Shown here: one piece after another, positions 1 through 8,829 of the stretch
Numbering within the stretch: the first letter of the stretch is position 1
How the letters are laid out: each line of letters begins with the position of its first letter
Source: Candidatus Dormiibacterota bacterium
GTDB lineage: Bacteria; Chloroflexota; Dormibacteria; Aeolococcales; Aeolococcaceae
Assembly: GCA_963757475.1 (NCBI GenBank)
Contig: CAVWRW010000001.1
Coordinates: forward strand, 7,207-71,206
Reading direction: 5' to 3'
DNA: 64,000 bases
The notes under the pieces: generated by a model
Database searches by the model: none
What the model was told of the DNA's origin: nothing
Seen by the model: only the letters and a program-made list of their open reading frames with translations
Position numbers and translations under genes: made by a program

Positions 1-163
1 CGATCACCGTGGCGCCGACCCGGTGAGCCGCCGCGAGCTTCACAGGGTTGCGAGCGATGGCGGTCACATTGGCGCCCGACGCAGCGAGGGCCTCAACCAT
101 CGCGAGCCCCAGGCCCTCGCTACCACCAGTGACGACGATCCGCTTTCCGCTGAGATCTGGCAT
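1..163 (-). CDS. short-chain dehydrogenase/reductase, N-terminal part (gene runs off the left edge)
   Basis: Hand translation of the minus strand from ATG at 161-163 gives MPDLSGKRIVVTGGSEGLGLAMVEALAASGANVTAIARN. This carries the TGxxxGxG Rossmann motif of classical SDRs. It is absent from the ORF track because the window edge truncates it. Confidence 0.7.
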   Translation of the reverse strand, partial: MPDLSGKRIVVTGGSEGLGLAMVEALAASGANVTAIARNPVKLAAAHRVGATVI

Positions 164-187
164 GTTCGTTCTCCTCTTGCCACACCG

Positions 188-523
188 TCAGGCGGAATGC
201 TCGTAGATGATCTCGCCCGCGACGCTCTCGAAGGCGGCAAGCGCTGCGATTCGCGGGAAGTACGCGCGCATGCCGGGGTTGGCCTGCATTGCCTCAACGG
301 ACGCCAGGTCGCGCCATTGCGAGTAGATCACGACCCGGCGCCTGTCGTTGGCAACGATGACGGTGGTCGAGATCCAGCCGTCAAGCGTGCTGACGACATT
401 TTCGGTGTTGTCACGTAGCAGCTCGACGAGCCCGGGTTGGTTCTCCGGCTCCACGATCAGGGTATTGATGAGGGTGGTGGCCTCTGCCGGCCTCGCGATT
501 GTTGCGCTCATAACTACCTCCAA
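188..523 (-). CDS. antibiotic-biosynthesis-monooxygenase (ABM / Dabb) family protein
   Basis: 111-aa ORF of single ABM-domain size. The pattern NTLIVEPENQ...VVIYSQWRDLASVEAM...FESVAGEIIYEH is typical of the family. It sits directly upstream of the SDR gene on the same strand. Confidence 0.65.
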   Translation of the reverse strand: MEVVMSATIARPAEATTLINTLIVEPENQPGLVELLRDNTENVVSTLDGWISTTVIVANDRRRVVIYSQWRDLASVEAMQANPGMRAYFPRIAALAAFESVAGEIIYEHSA

Positions 524-642
524 AGTGTCGGGTCGCGGTGGGTGCTGACACCATGAAGACGACGCGGGGAATGGAAACGGATCGGTCCGCTTCGGATCCT
601 CTGGGCTGCTTATCGGGTAAGACTTCGTGTTATCGTTAGCTC

Positions 643-903
643 ATGCGCACGACGGGGACGGTGACCATCTCGCTCCCGCCAGAGCTCGCGGTCGAGGTCG
701 ACCGCCTGGCGCACCAGGAAGGCCGGACCCGCAGCGAACTTTTGCGCGAGGCGTTTCGCCAGTACGCAGAGCGACGCAGACGATGGGATCAGGTCTTTGC
801 GTATGGAGAAGAGCGAGCGGCTGCCGGCACCCTGACTGAAGACGCCGTCGTAGCCGCGGTGAAATCGCGCCGGAGCCGCTCTCGCCGCAAGCCATCACGC
901 TGA
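643..903 (+). CDS. ribbon-helix-helix (CopG/MetJ-type) antitoxin
   Basis: 86 aa. The N-terminus TVTISLPPELAVEVDRLAHQEGRTRSELLREAFRQY is an RHH signature. Its TGA stop abuts the GTG start of the PIN gene. Confidence 0.75.
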   Translation: MRTTGTVTISLPPELAVEVDRLAHQEGRTRSELLREAFRQYAERRRRWDQVFAYGEERAAAGTLTEDAVVAAVKSRRSRSRRKPSR

Positions 904-1296
904 GTGCGGGTCGTTCTCGACACCAATGTACTCGTGTCAGCGCTCCACTTTGGTGGACGCCCGCGACGTCTCCTGGCCGACGTCCTCGGTGGTGATCACG
1001 CGCTGATCATTGGTCCAGCGATCCTCAGCGAGCTCGAGGCCGTGCTCGTGGAGACCTGTGGCTGGGCGGGCGATCGGGCTGCAGCAGTGCGGGCCGAGCT
1101 CGAGGCGATCGCCGAGGTGGTGACGCCCGTTGAGATTCCACGTGTCTGCCGCGATCCTGATGACGATCAGGTCCTTGCGATAGCCATCACCGGATCGGCC
1201 GACGCTCTCGTCACTGGGGACGCGGATTTACTCGCCCTTGGGGCGTATGCCGGCGTCAACATCAGCTCCGTCGCCGACTTCGAGGCCCGGGGCTGA
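904..1296 (+). CDS. PIN-domain toxin (PIN_3-like) of a type II TA pair
   Basis: 130 aa. VVLDTNVLVSAL, DPDDDQVLAIA and ALVTGDADLL supply the conserved acidic residues of a PIN domain. It lies immediately downstream of the RHH gene. Confidence 0.8.
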   Translation: MRVVLDTNVLVSALHFGGRPRRLLADVLGGDHALIIGPAILSELEAVLVETCGWAGDRAAAVRAELEAIAEVVTPVEIPRVCRDPDDDQVLAIAITGSADALVTGDADLLALGAYAGVNISSVADFEARG

Positions 1297-1334
1297 GAAG
1301 GTGGCCGCCTACACGCCGAGCGGCCGCATCATTT

Positions 1335-1487
1335 CCACGCGAGTCCAACGAAATCCATAACCCGTGCTCTAGTCGTCATTCCAACCATTTCCGGACGAAA
1401 GCACTCTAAATCGAACTCAGCACGCGGTGGAGAATAAGGGCTGGTCTGGGGGACCAGGGGTCGCAAGTTCGAGTCCTGTCTCCCCGA
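1335..1487 (+). repeat. dispersed repeat copy 1: ~105-nt conserved 5' module plus tRNA-Pro(GGG) 3' half (1441-1487)
   Basis: CTGGT-CTGGGGG-ACCAG anticodon arm (U33, GGG, G37), GGGTC variable loop, GCAAG-TTCGAGT-CCTGT T arm, and CTCCCCG acceptor 3' strand followed by A73. No D arm or acceptor 5' strand lies upstream. The 5' module aligns with copies at 5242, 31331, 35951 and 48330. Confidence 0.8.
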
Positions 1488-1570
1488 GCTTTGGCCAATA
1501 GTGGCAAATATGTTCCGATCGCGCGCTACCATGGTTGTTGCTAATAGTGGCCAAAAATCCTGGGGCCGCC

Positions 1571-3910
1571 CTACACCGCGGGCGTTTCAGGCACCTGGGC
1601 CAGGTCGAGTGCTTCCTTGATTGTGAGGCTGCGGCCGTCCTCCGTTGCGCGTGCGAGCTGGTCCGCAGACAGCGCCGCTCGTGCCTCATCGACGAGTTGA
1701 CGCCCGGGTGTCTCGTCGGAGTACACGTTGACAATGCCCTCCTGATTGGCGTACACCTCCGCGGCAGCAGCGATTCGCACGGCGTTATCCGGTCGGTGCT
1801 CAACAGCCTCGGTGGCTGCGAGACCGACCAGTGACAGCCCAACTCCTCGGACGCTCGCCACGTCGGTGTAGGCGTGCACCGAGTTGAAGAAGAAGCCGCG
1901 CGCAAGCGTGGTGTCGCCGTGCTGCAGATGCGTCCATGCCATCTCGGAGAGAATCCGGGCTTCCTCGGCGCGGTCTCCTATGGCTGCGAACGCAGCGAGG
2001 GACCGTCTGTAGAGGTCGAGCGCAGCGGCCAGGTCACCACGGATGGACGCCAGTTGGGCGAGGCCGCCGAGCGAGAGGCCAGCGCCTTCCTCGTCGCCGA
2101 TTCTCTGCTGGATCTCAAGGGCCTGGGAATACCTCGACTGCGCGGTGCCGAGGTCGCCCTTCACCGTGTGCAGGATGCCGTCGATGGTCATCCCAAACCC
2201 TTCGCCCCAGGTGTAACCGGCGGCACGGCTCCGCTCGATGCTCTCTCTCGCCGACCGCAGCCCGGCGTCGAGATCGAACCCGATCTGGGCCACGGCCGCC
2301 ATGAACGCGGCGCAGCACCGCTCGCGCTCGGCGTTGACCTGCTCCGCAATGGCGTGCGCCTCGTGAAGTTCGTCATTCGACCGCTCGAACTGACCGAGTG
2401 CCCACGAAGCCAGTCCGGCGGTGAGCTGAGCGCCCGCCCGCCCCACGGAAGGAGCGGCAGCGGTGTCGGCGGCGAGGAACAATTCGGCGTAATCCCGCGC
2501 GGTGAGGTTCTTGCCCCGTATGTGCCAGTACATGAACAGATCGCCGCATAACCGCAGGCCAACTTCGCATGCAGCGCCGTCGCCGCTCTTCGCCGCCCCC
2601 ACGAGCGTGTCGAGCGCGACCACGATGTTCACGTCGTCGAGGATGCCGCGTTCGACAGACCTGACCTGCTCCGTGCCCTCGACGCCGCCGCAGATCTCGT
2701 GGGCCAACGCCGCATACCGGTGTGCGTGACGAAGCGCAACCTCCGCTGCCTCGCCTGCGGCGTCGAGGCGCTCGCGGGCATACTCGGCGATCGTCTGCAG
2801 CATGAGCAGCCGGCTCCCCTGGCCGTCCAGCTGCACGAGCGCGTTGTCGACGAGCGATTCCAGATCGTCAAGGCTGCTTTCGCCGGGGTCGGCGCAGACC
2901 GCCTCGACATCGTCGAAGGTGCATCCTCCGGCGAATACGGCCATGCGGCGGAAGAGGCGCTGCTCCAACTCGGTGAGCAGCGAGTGGCTCCAGTCGATCG
3001 TTGCCCGCAGTGTCTGCTGTCGCTCGGGACTGTCGCGGGGGCCGGATGTGAGCACATCGAGGGTGTGGTTGAGCCGCTCGAGCAACGCTTCCGGAGACAG
3101 GAGCCGCAGGCGCGCGGCAGCCAGCTCGAGTGCCAGGGGCAGCCCGTCCAGACGTGCGCAGATGGCCGCGATCGCGGCACCGTTGGCGTCCGTCAACTCG
3201 AATGAGCCGCGGTTCTTCTTCCCACGCTCGACGAAGAGGGCGACGGCTGGATATGCCAGGAGCAACTCGACCGATGCCGCGCCCGATGTCGGCGGCAGCG
3301 AAAGGGGGGCGAGCGCGTATTCGCGCTCGGCCGCGATCTTCAGTGGGGTCCTGCTGGTTGCCACGACGCGGAGGTGGGGGCAGCGCTCGACAAGCCAGGC
3401 CACCTCGGGCGCCACCGTCACGACCTGCTCCAGGTTGTCCAGCAGCAGCAGTGCCTTCTTCTCGCCGATCCGGGCGACAAGCCCGTCACTGGGCGTCCGC
3501 CCTTCCGCCTCCTTCACGTCGAGCGCGTTCGCAAGCGCGGGAACGAAGGCAGCGGCGTCGGTGATGTCAGCCAGTGCGATGAAGGCGACGTCGTCCAGGA
3601 ACACAGGCGCGAGCTGCCGCCCCAGTTCGATGACAAGGCGGGTCTTTCCGACACCGCCGGGGCCCGTGATCGTCACGACCCGATGCTCCCGGGTGAGCTC
3701 GACGAGGGACGCGAGGTCAGCGGCTCGACCGACCAGTGGCGTCGCCGGCACGGGCAGGGTGCTCGCCAGGCTGGCGAACCGACGGCTTGCAGCCGGCGAC
3801 TCCTGGAGCACGCGGGTCGCGCCGCGGTCAGCGCGCTCGGTGGCATCGATCGGAACACCGATCGGGTGGAGCCGGCGCGCCTGACCGGATGTCGGTGGGA
3901 GGTTATCCAT
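1571..3910 (-). CDS. STAND-type NTPase (NB-ARC-like P-loop) with C-terminal TPR repeats; no recognisable N-terminal effector or DNA-binding domain
   Basis: Walker A GPGGVGKTRL, Walker B LLLLDNLEQV, the NB-ARC-like ARLDGLPLALELAA, then about 400 aa of TPR-like helical repeats. I chose the ATG at 3910 (MDNLPP) over the track start at 4003 because it overlaps the upstream ORF stop by 8 nt. Confidence 0.8.
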   Translation of the reverse strand: MDNLPPTSGQARRLHPIGVPIDATERADRGATRVLQESPAASRRFASLASTLPVPATPLVGRAADLASLVELTREHRVVTITGPGGVGKTRLVIELGRQLAPVFLDDVAFIALADITDAAAFVPALANALDVKEAEGRTPSDGLVARIGEKKALLLLDNLEQVVTVAPEVAWLVERCPHLRVVATSRTPLKIAAEREYALAPLSLPPTSGAASVELLLAYPAVALFVERGKKNRGSFELTDANGAAIAAICARLDGLPLALELAAARLRLLSPEALLERLNHTLDVLTSGPRDSPERQQTLRATIDWSHSLLTELEQRLFRRMAVFAGGCTFDDVEAVCADPGESSLDDLESLVDNALVQLDGQGSRLLMLQTIAEYARERLDAAGEAAEVALRHAHRYAALAHEICGGVEGTEQVRSVERGILDDVNIVVALDTLVGAAKSGDGAACEVGLRLCGDLFMYWHIRGKNLTARDYAELFLAADTAAAPSVGRAGAQLTAGLASWALGQFERSNDELHEAHAIAEQVNAERERCCAAFMAAVAQIGFDLDAGLRSARESIERSRAAGYTWGEGFGMTIDGILHTVKGDLGTAQSRYSQALEIQQRIGDEEGAGLSLGGLAQLASIRGDLAAALDLYRRSLAAFAAIGDRAEEARILSEMAWTHLQHGDTTLARGFFFNSVHAYTDVASVRGVGLSLVGLAATEAVEHRPDNAVRIAAAAEVYANQEGIVNVYSDETPGRQLVDEARAALSADQLARATEDGRSLTIKEALDLAQVPETPAV

Positions 3911-4502
3911 GCACGTCCGCCGCGCTCTGACCGTGGGGGCAGCGGCTTCGCACGGACAGCACCGCCACCTGTCCGCTGCGATCCCGCAGCCAGAGCTTGC
4001 CAAGTCGATCCCTGAACTCCACCGCCAGCGCCACTGCGCGCGCCTGATCCGGTGGCTGTTCGGTCGACAGGAGGTATCTGCTCATATCCGGGACGATAGG
4101 GCCGTTCTCCTGTGAGCACAGATGCACGGAGCCGTCCGCGCTGTCGATACCCCAGTCGAAGACGGGCAGGTCGGTGTCGTTGCGGACCTTCACTGCCCAG
4201 TAGGGCTGACCGCGGTCTGGGTCAACTTCAACGTCCATCCACGCGGCGATCGCCGTGCGCTTCCGGACGTCTTCCTCATGGCGCTGAATCACGATCGCGC
4301 TCAGCGCCACCACCGCAGCGGACACGGAGCCGATACCCGCAATCCACTCGCCCCACGTCCCCAGGTTAGCCTGATTAGCCGAGCCTCCGGGAGGCACTCC
4401 CCAGAGCCAAAGCGAGGCGAGGATGATGCACGCGAAAACGAGGACCCACTTGGTTGCGGGCGACAGCCACGCTTGCCTGACGCGTCCGCCAAGAGATCTC
4501 AC
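3903..4502 (-). CDS. hypothetical membrane protein (2 TM) translationally coupled to the STAND NTPase
   Basis: 199 aa with GC3-rich codons. It has two hydrophobic helices (WVLVFACIILASLWLWGV and WIAGIGSVSAAVVALSAIVI) followed by a ~120-aa soluble domain. Its stop overlaps the STAND ATG. Confidence 0.6.
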   Translation of the reverse strand: MRSLGGRVRQAWLSPATKWVLVFACIILASLWLWGVPPGGSANQANLGTWGEWIAGIGSVSAAVVALSAIVIQRHEEDVRKRTAIAAWMDVEVDPDRGQPYWAVKVRNDTDLPVFDWGIDSADGSVHLCSQENGPIVPDMSRYLLSTEQPPDQARAVALAVEFRDRLGKLWLRDRSGQVAVLSVRSRCPHGQSAADVHG

Positions 4503-4592
4503 AATCTGCCCTCTCAGCGCCTACGCGGGCGCACTGGCCTCAAGTTGGTCAGGCACGCTGGCCGGAACACTTGGCACCAAGGAAGCGATCGG

Positions 4593-5030
4593 TCACTGTT
4601 CGATGCCGTGAATGAGCTGGCGGCTGTAGGTGTCTGCGTCATAGTAGCCAATCGACTTTGCTACGAGACCCGACGCACCCATTGTCCAGACTTCGATGCC
4701 GCTCACGCGGACTCGGTGGCCGGTCCCTCCAGTCCCTGTATTCGATCCGGTGAGCGTCCATACCCAGAAGACTGAGTCACCGGCTACGAGCACGTGGTCG
4801 ACGCTCACGCGAAGATCCGGAAATGCTTCCATGTAGCCGGCGGCGGTCGCAGCGAGTTCCGCCCGGCCGGTCGACGGCTTGCCGCGGTTGATCGTGAGCG
4901 ATGCGTTCTCCTCGTAGCAGCTCGCTACGCCCTCCGGGTCCTGGCTGGACCACGCTCTCGAAGCGCGCATGACCAGATCCCAGACCGCCCTCGACGGCGA
5001 CGTGACGCCGGGGCTGGAGGCGAGGTCCAT
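4593..5030 (-). CDS. SnoaL/NTF2-like (ester cyclase-like) protein
   Basis: Only the C-terminal 145 aa of the 472-aa track ORF looks genuine: ASCYEENASLTINRGKPSTGRAELAATAAGYMEAFPDLRVSVDHVLVAGDSVFWVWTLTG. The start is the ATG at 5030. Confidence 0.65.
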   Translation of the reverse strand: MDLASSPGVTSPSRAVWDLVMRASRAWSSQDPEGVASCYEENASLTINRGKPSTGRAELAATAAGYMEAFPDLRVSVDHVLVAGDSVFWVWTLTGSNTGTGGTGHRVRVSGIEVWTMGASGLVAKSIGYYDADTYSRQLIHGIEQ

Positions 5031-5241
5031 GAAACGAGAGGGTAGTACCTCGGGCACGGGTTCGATCGAACCCCGGCCCCCCTGAGCGTTGACTGCGTAG
5101 GGTCGACGATGCTCGAGGTGGCCTCGAAGCCACGAGGAAGAGGCTCGCATCATGGCGCACGGCAGGGCAGGCGAGCAGCGGCGCAGATTGGTCTGAGCCG
5201 CATCCATGAGAAACGTCGTCGGCAAGTTGTCCAGGTACGTA

Positions 5242-5395
5242 CACTCGATTCCAGCGCTTTCCAGCTTGCAGGGACTAGTGCTCTTTCCAACCAATTCTCG
5301 ACGAAAGGGAACATTTCCGAATACGAGCCCGAGCTCGCAAATGAGCACTAGTCTGGGGGACCAGGGGTCGCAGGTTCGAAGTCCTGTCTCCCCGA
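5242..5395 (+). repeat. dispersed repeat copy 2 with tRNA-Pro(GGG) 3' half (5348-5395), degenerate
   Basis: CTAGT-CTGGGGG-ACCAG, GGGTC, GCAGG-TTCGAAGT-CCTGT (8-nt T loop), then CTCCCCG followed by A. The 5' module is CTCGATTCCAG...GTGCTCTTTCCAACCAATTCTCGACGAAAG. Confidence 0.7.
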
Positions 5396-6510
5396 CGGAC
5401 GCGCTTGAGAGGGCATGGTTGAGATCATCGGACGGTCTTTGCCAGCCTGTGTCGCTCGCCCTCCAAACGGTGTCAGCTGCGGGGACTTGTGGTCTTGAGT
5501 GCCCAAGACACCTGATGCACTCCTCAGGTGGTCCGAAGGAAGGGATGCGCCGTTCAGGCCACCCCGGCTCTCCGGTGCGGCACTCGCACGGCACGATTCG
5601 CGCATGTCTGACCGAGCGAGCCCCAGTACGCGCCCGCGTTTGTTCGCAAGGATGCAGACGGAGCCCTACGGCGAGATGGATTATCGGTCGAGGGAGGACA
5701 ACGATCCATTGCTGAGGAGCGTGACCGATGCACAGGCAGCTTCCAGACACGCCGAACATTCGCTGCCAGGTTGTGGCGGAGATCGGCTGATCCCGTTGAC
5801 GTTCTCGGTTTATCGACGCGAGGCAGCGCCAGAGACGAAGTTGCGCCGACCGGTAGCGAAGTGCGCCGCTTGTGGCGAACGAATCCGCGCCGACATGGTG
5901 ATTCTCCAGCCGAACGCGAGGGCGACCTGACGTAACGAGCCTGACTGTAGTGTGGCGAGAAGGCCCGAGTACGTTGCCAGGCATATGAGCGACGTACCAG
6001 TCATTGGCCAACGGTCTCGTCGATTAGTGGGGGCGGGCGATGTGTGCAACGAAGACAGGAGGGCCGATGTGAGGCCCATGCCCTTGGCGCTAGGACCTGC
6101 GGCGCCCAACCTTCCAGGAGCCGCCTTGTGCTGTCCCGTCCCGAAAAGCGATAAGAAAAGATCAGGCCACTCGGGCGGTCAACCTGATATCCAAGTCAGC
6201 TGGCTGTTGTCGAGTTCTGCTGACGCACGGGCTTGTTGCTTTGCCCTTCGACGACGGATGCTCTCGCAGCGTGCGCAACGCCTCCAGCCACCCGTTCCAG
6301 GCGCATCAACACCGCGGTCCTTGATCCTCTGACCGAACCAGCATTCGCTTTCGTCGTGAAAGTGCCCCCGCATCAAGTTGCGCGCGGCAATTGCCTCAGA
6401 GTGGAACGGAACCCTATCGCCCATGTGACAACGGCGTCCTCTCGCACCGGGTAACCGAGAAGGAAACGGCGCGCACGCGTACCAAGCGATTGTGTCGACT
6501 CACTATGTCT

Positions 6511-8495
6511 TCACGAGACGCTGATGGTGTACACGAGGATGCGGTCGTTATAGGTATCGGCGATATAGAGGTTGCCATTTGGTCCGAACACAACATTCTC
6601 GGGATCGAGCAAGGCCTTCGGTCCGCCGCCGGTCACGTCACTGCCGGTGATGATCGCTGCGACCGTCCCATCGGACTCGTTGAGAACGACCACCCGGTCG
6701 TTGGTGCGATCCGCAACGGCGAGCAGCCCAGCGCCGTTCGAAGCCACACCGTACGGCTTGTTGAATCCGGCCGTGAAGGTCGCGACCTGCGAGACAACGC
6801 TGCCATTACTCACCTTGAGCTCGACAACACGGTTGTTGAGGCTGTCGGCCACAAAAACATTGCCCGTCGTCGGGTCGACGGCCACGCCGGTCGGCGTCGA
6901 GAACTGACCACTGCCGGAACCCTTGGTGCCGTAGGTGGCTACCGCGGTGTCGGTTGAGACCTTCCACGATTCAACGCGATTGTTCTTCGTGTCGGCGATC
7001 CACGCGTAGCCGCCTCCGATCGCGATCGAGTACGGGTAATTGTCATCGCCGAGAGCTGTCCCGACAGCCCCGAACTTCGCGAGTTCCGTTACAACCGCTT
7101 GCGGTGGGCTGCAGGACCTGCAAGTCACTCTGCTTGGTGTCGGCGATCCAGTAGTTGCCAGTGGCCGGATCCACGGCGACACCACGTGGCCAGTTGAAGT
7201 CACCGGTGCTCGTGAAACCTCTCTGGCCGCACATGTTGATGATGTGGCCGGATGAGTTGAACACCACTACGCGCTGGTTGATCGTGTCCATCGCAATCAA
7301 ATCGCCCGACGCGTCGAACGCGATGCCACGCACCTGATTGAACACCGATGTGTCGGTGTCTCCCGGCGGAACGATCGGGTTCGGGACGGTCTGGCTGTAG
7401 GTATAGCCACTGGACGAGCGTGTGAACTCAACGAGGCGGTTGCCCCAGAGGTCGGCGCCCCACACGTTGCCGTGGCTGTCGACGGCCACACGGCGAAGCT
7501 GGGTAAACGTGCCCGTCTGGGCGTCGCTACCCGGAGACCCGAAATCCGCGACGAACATACCCGTTGGCGTGAACTCCTGGATGCAGTCGTCGTTCGAATC
7601 AGCGATGTAGATGGCCTCCCCCGGCTTGCCCGCGTTGATAAAGGGATCCGTGCCGATCGCGACGCCGTACGGGTTCTTGAATGTTCCGCCGGCGTTCCCG
7701 CCGCACACGCCCGTGGTTGCCTTCTTGCCCTTGGTCCCCCAGGCCCGCACGCAGGTACCGCTGGAGTTGAACTCGAGAACGTTGTTGCTTTCGTAGTTAG
7801 CTACGTAGACGTTCCCTGATGCATCGGCCGCCGCGTCGCGCATCCTATTGAGCGTACAGGCACCCTGCGACGAGATCGTCCGTACAACCGCACCCGAAGT
7901 GCTGAACACGACAATCTGGCTCTTGGTGCCATTGGCAACGTAGACGAGTTGCCCTGCTGGCGTGGTGCTCACCGTGACGCCAATCGGTGCTCCGCCGCCG
8001 GGCAACTTGAACGGCTTGATCATGCACTTGCCCGTCGTGCCGCTGAGCTTCAGGATGCGGCCATTGCCGTTGTCAGCGACGTAGACGTTGCCGGACGAGT
8101 TCGACTCCGACGTCACGGGGCTGCTCGAACTGCGGGAAGGTCGCTGGATTCGCACCGCAGGCGGCCCCGCTCCCTTCCGATCCAACGCGCCAGACGAGCG
8201 CGCCTGTTGGGGTGTACTCGGCGACCTGATTGTTGCCTGTGTCGGCAACGACGAGGTTACCGTTGGGGGCAATCTCCATGCCTGACGGATACATCTCGGC
8301 ATGACCCGGGCCGCCGATGGTCGACGAATACGCGGCAGTCACAGTGGGATCGGGCGCGGGCGCCGCGCTGACGGGCAGCGCCGCAATCAACCCCGGAATG
8401 ACGATGGCTGCGCCGAGCACCATCCCAACGCGCGAGCGCAACCCAAATGTATGGCCAGACGGCCTTCCTTGAATCATCTGTCCCCCTCGAGCCAC
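6511..8495 (-). pseudogene. NHL-repeat secreted protein, disrupted by two frame shifts (near 8110 and near 7100)
   Basis: Three overlapping minus-strand ORFs (8073-8495, 7043-8302, 6511-7203) together read as one ~660-aa protein. It has a signal peptide (AIVIPGLIAALPVSAAPA) and repeated blades such as GNVYVADNGNGRI, GNVYVANYESNNV, GNVWGADLWGNRL and GNLYIADTYNDRI. Confidence 0.75.
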
Positions 8496-8829
8496 GGCTC
8501 ATGTCCAGCTGATTCTCCCCGGCCACGGATCGTATCAGCCGGAGGGTATTCGCTGCAAACGCGTCGCCTCCCCAAGATGTATCCGGGTCCAGCCTGCCGT
8601 TGCTGTCAAACGGTGCCGCAACCTCCATGTGCTCATGGGTCACGCGGCGGAAGAACGGCACGCGTGGTTCAGACGCGTAATGGATGAAAGTGGTCATCGT
8701 CGGCGTGCCGGTGGAAGGCGGCGTGCAACACCGAGGAGGATTCGGTATCATTTACTGCAGCGGCGCCTGCCACGTGCACGAAACCGTAGGGGAGATCCGG
8801 ACGCGATCCAGATCAAGGGGGTGGTTCCT

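Noticed and set aside
1441-1487. tRNA genes at 1441-1487, 5348-5395, 36060-36106 and 48434-48479
   Set aside because: Each has an anticodon arm, variable loop, T arm and acceptor 3' strand. None has a D arm or a complementary acceptor 5' strand within the preceding 30-40 nt, and several have stem mismatches. They are reported as repeat elements rather than tRNA genes.
1488-1560. Inverted repeat TTTGGCCA...TGGCCAAA with internal AATAGTGGC direct repeats just after repeat copy 1
   Set aside because: It is short and occurs once, and could be a terminator or chance. There is not enough evidence to call a feature.
2802-3884. 360-aa plus-strand ORF, plus other long antisense ORFs (27710-28696, 42866-43891, 46619-47693, 49456-50568, 51867-52901, 12541-13488)
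   Set aside because: All are Ser/Arg/Ala/Pro-rich shadow frames opposite genes with strong domain signatures. None has a plausible RBS or motif.
5652-5930. 92-aa zinc-ribbon-like ORF
   Set aside because: It has a weak RBS and only one intact CxxC, and its similarity to 13813-14040 is marginal. It is mentioned in a finding but not annotated as a feature.
4593-6011. 472-aa minus-strand ORF from the track
   Set aside because: Only the last 145 codons (4593-5030) have a recognisable SnoaL-like sequence. The upstream part runs through the tRNA-Pro-half repeat (which gives the DSNLRP-type artefact peptide) and has no motif support.
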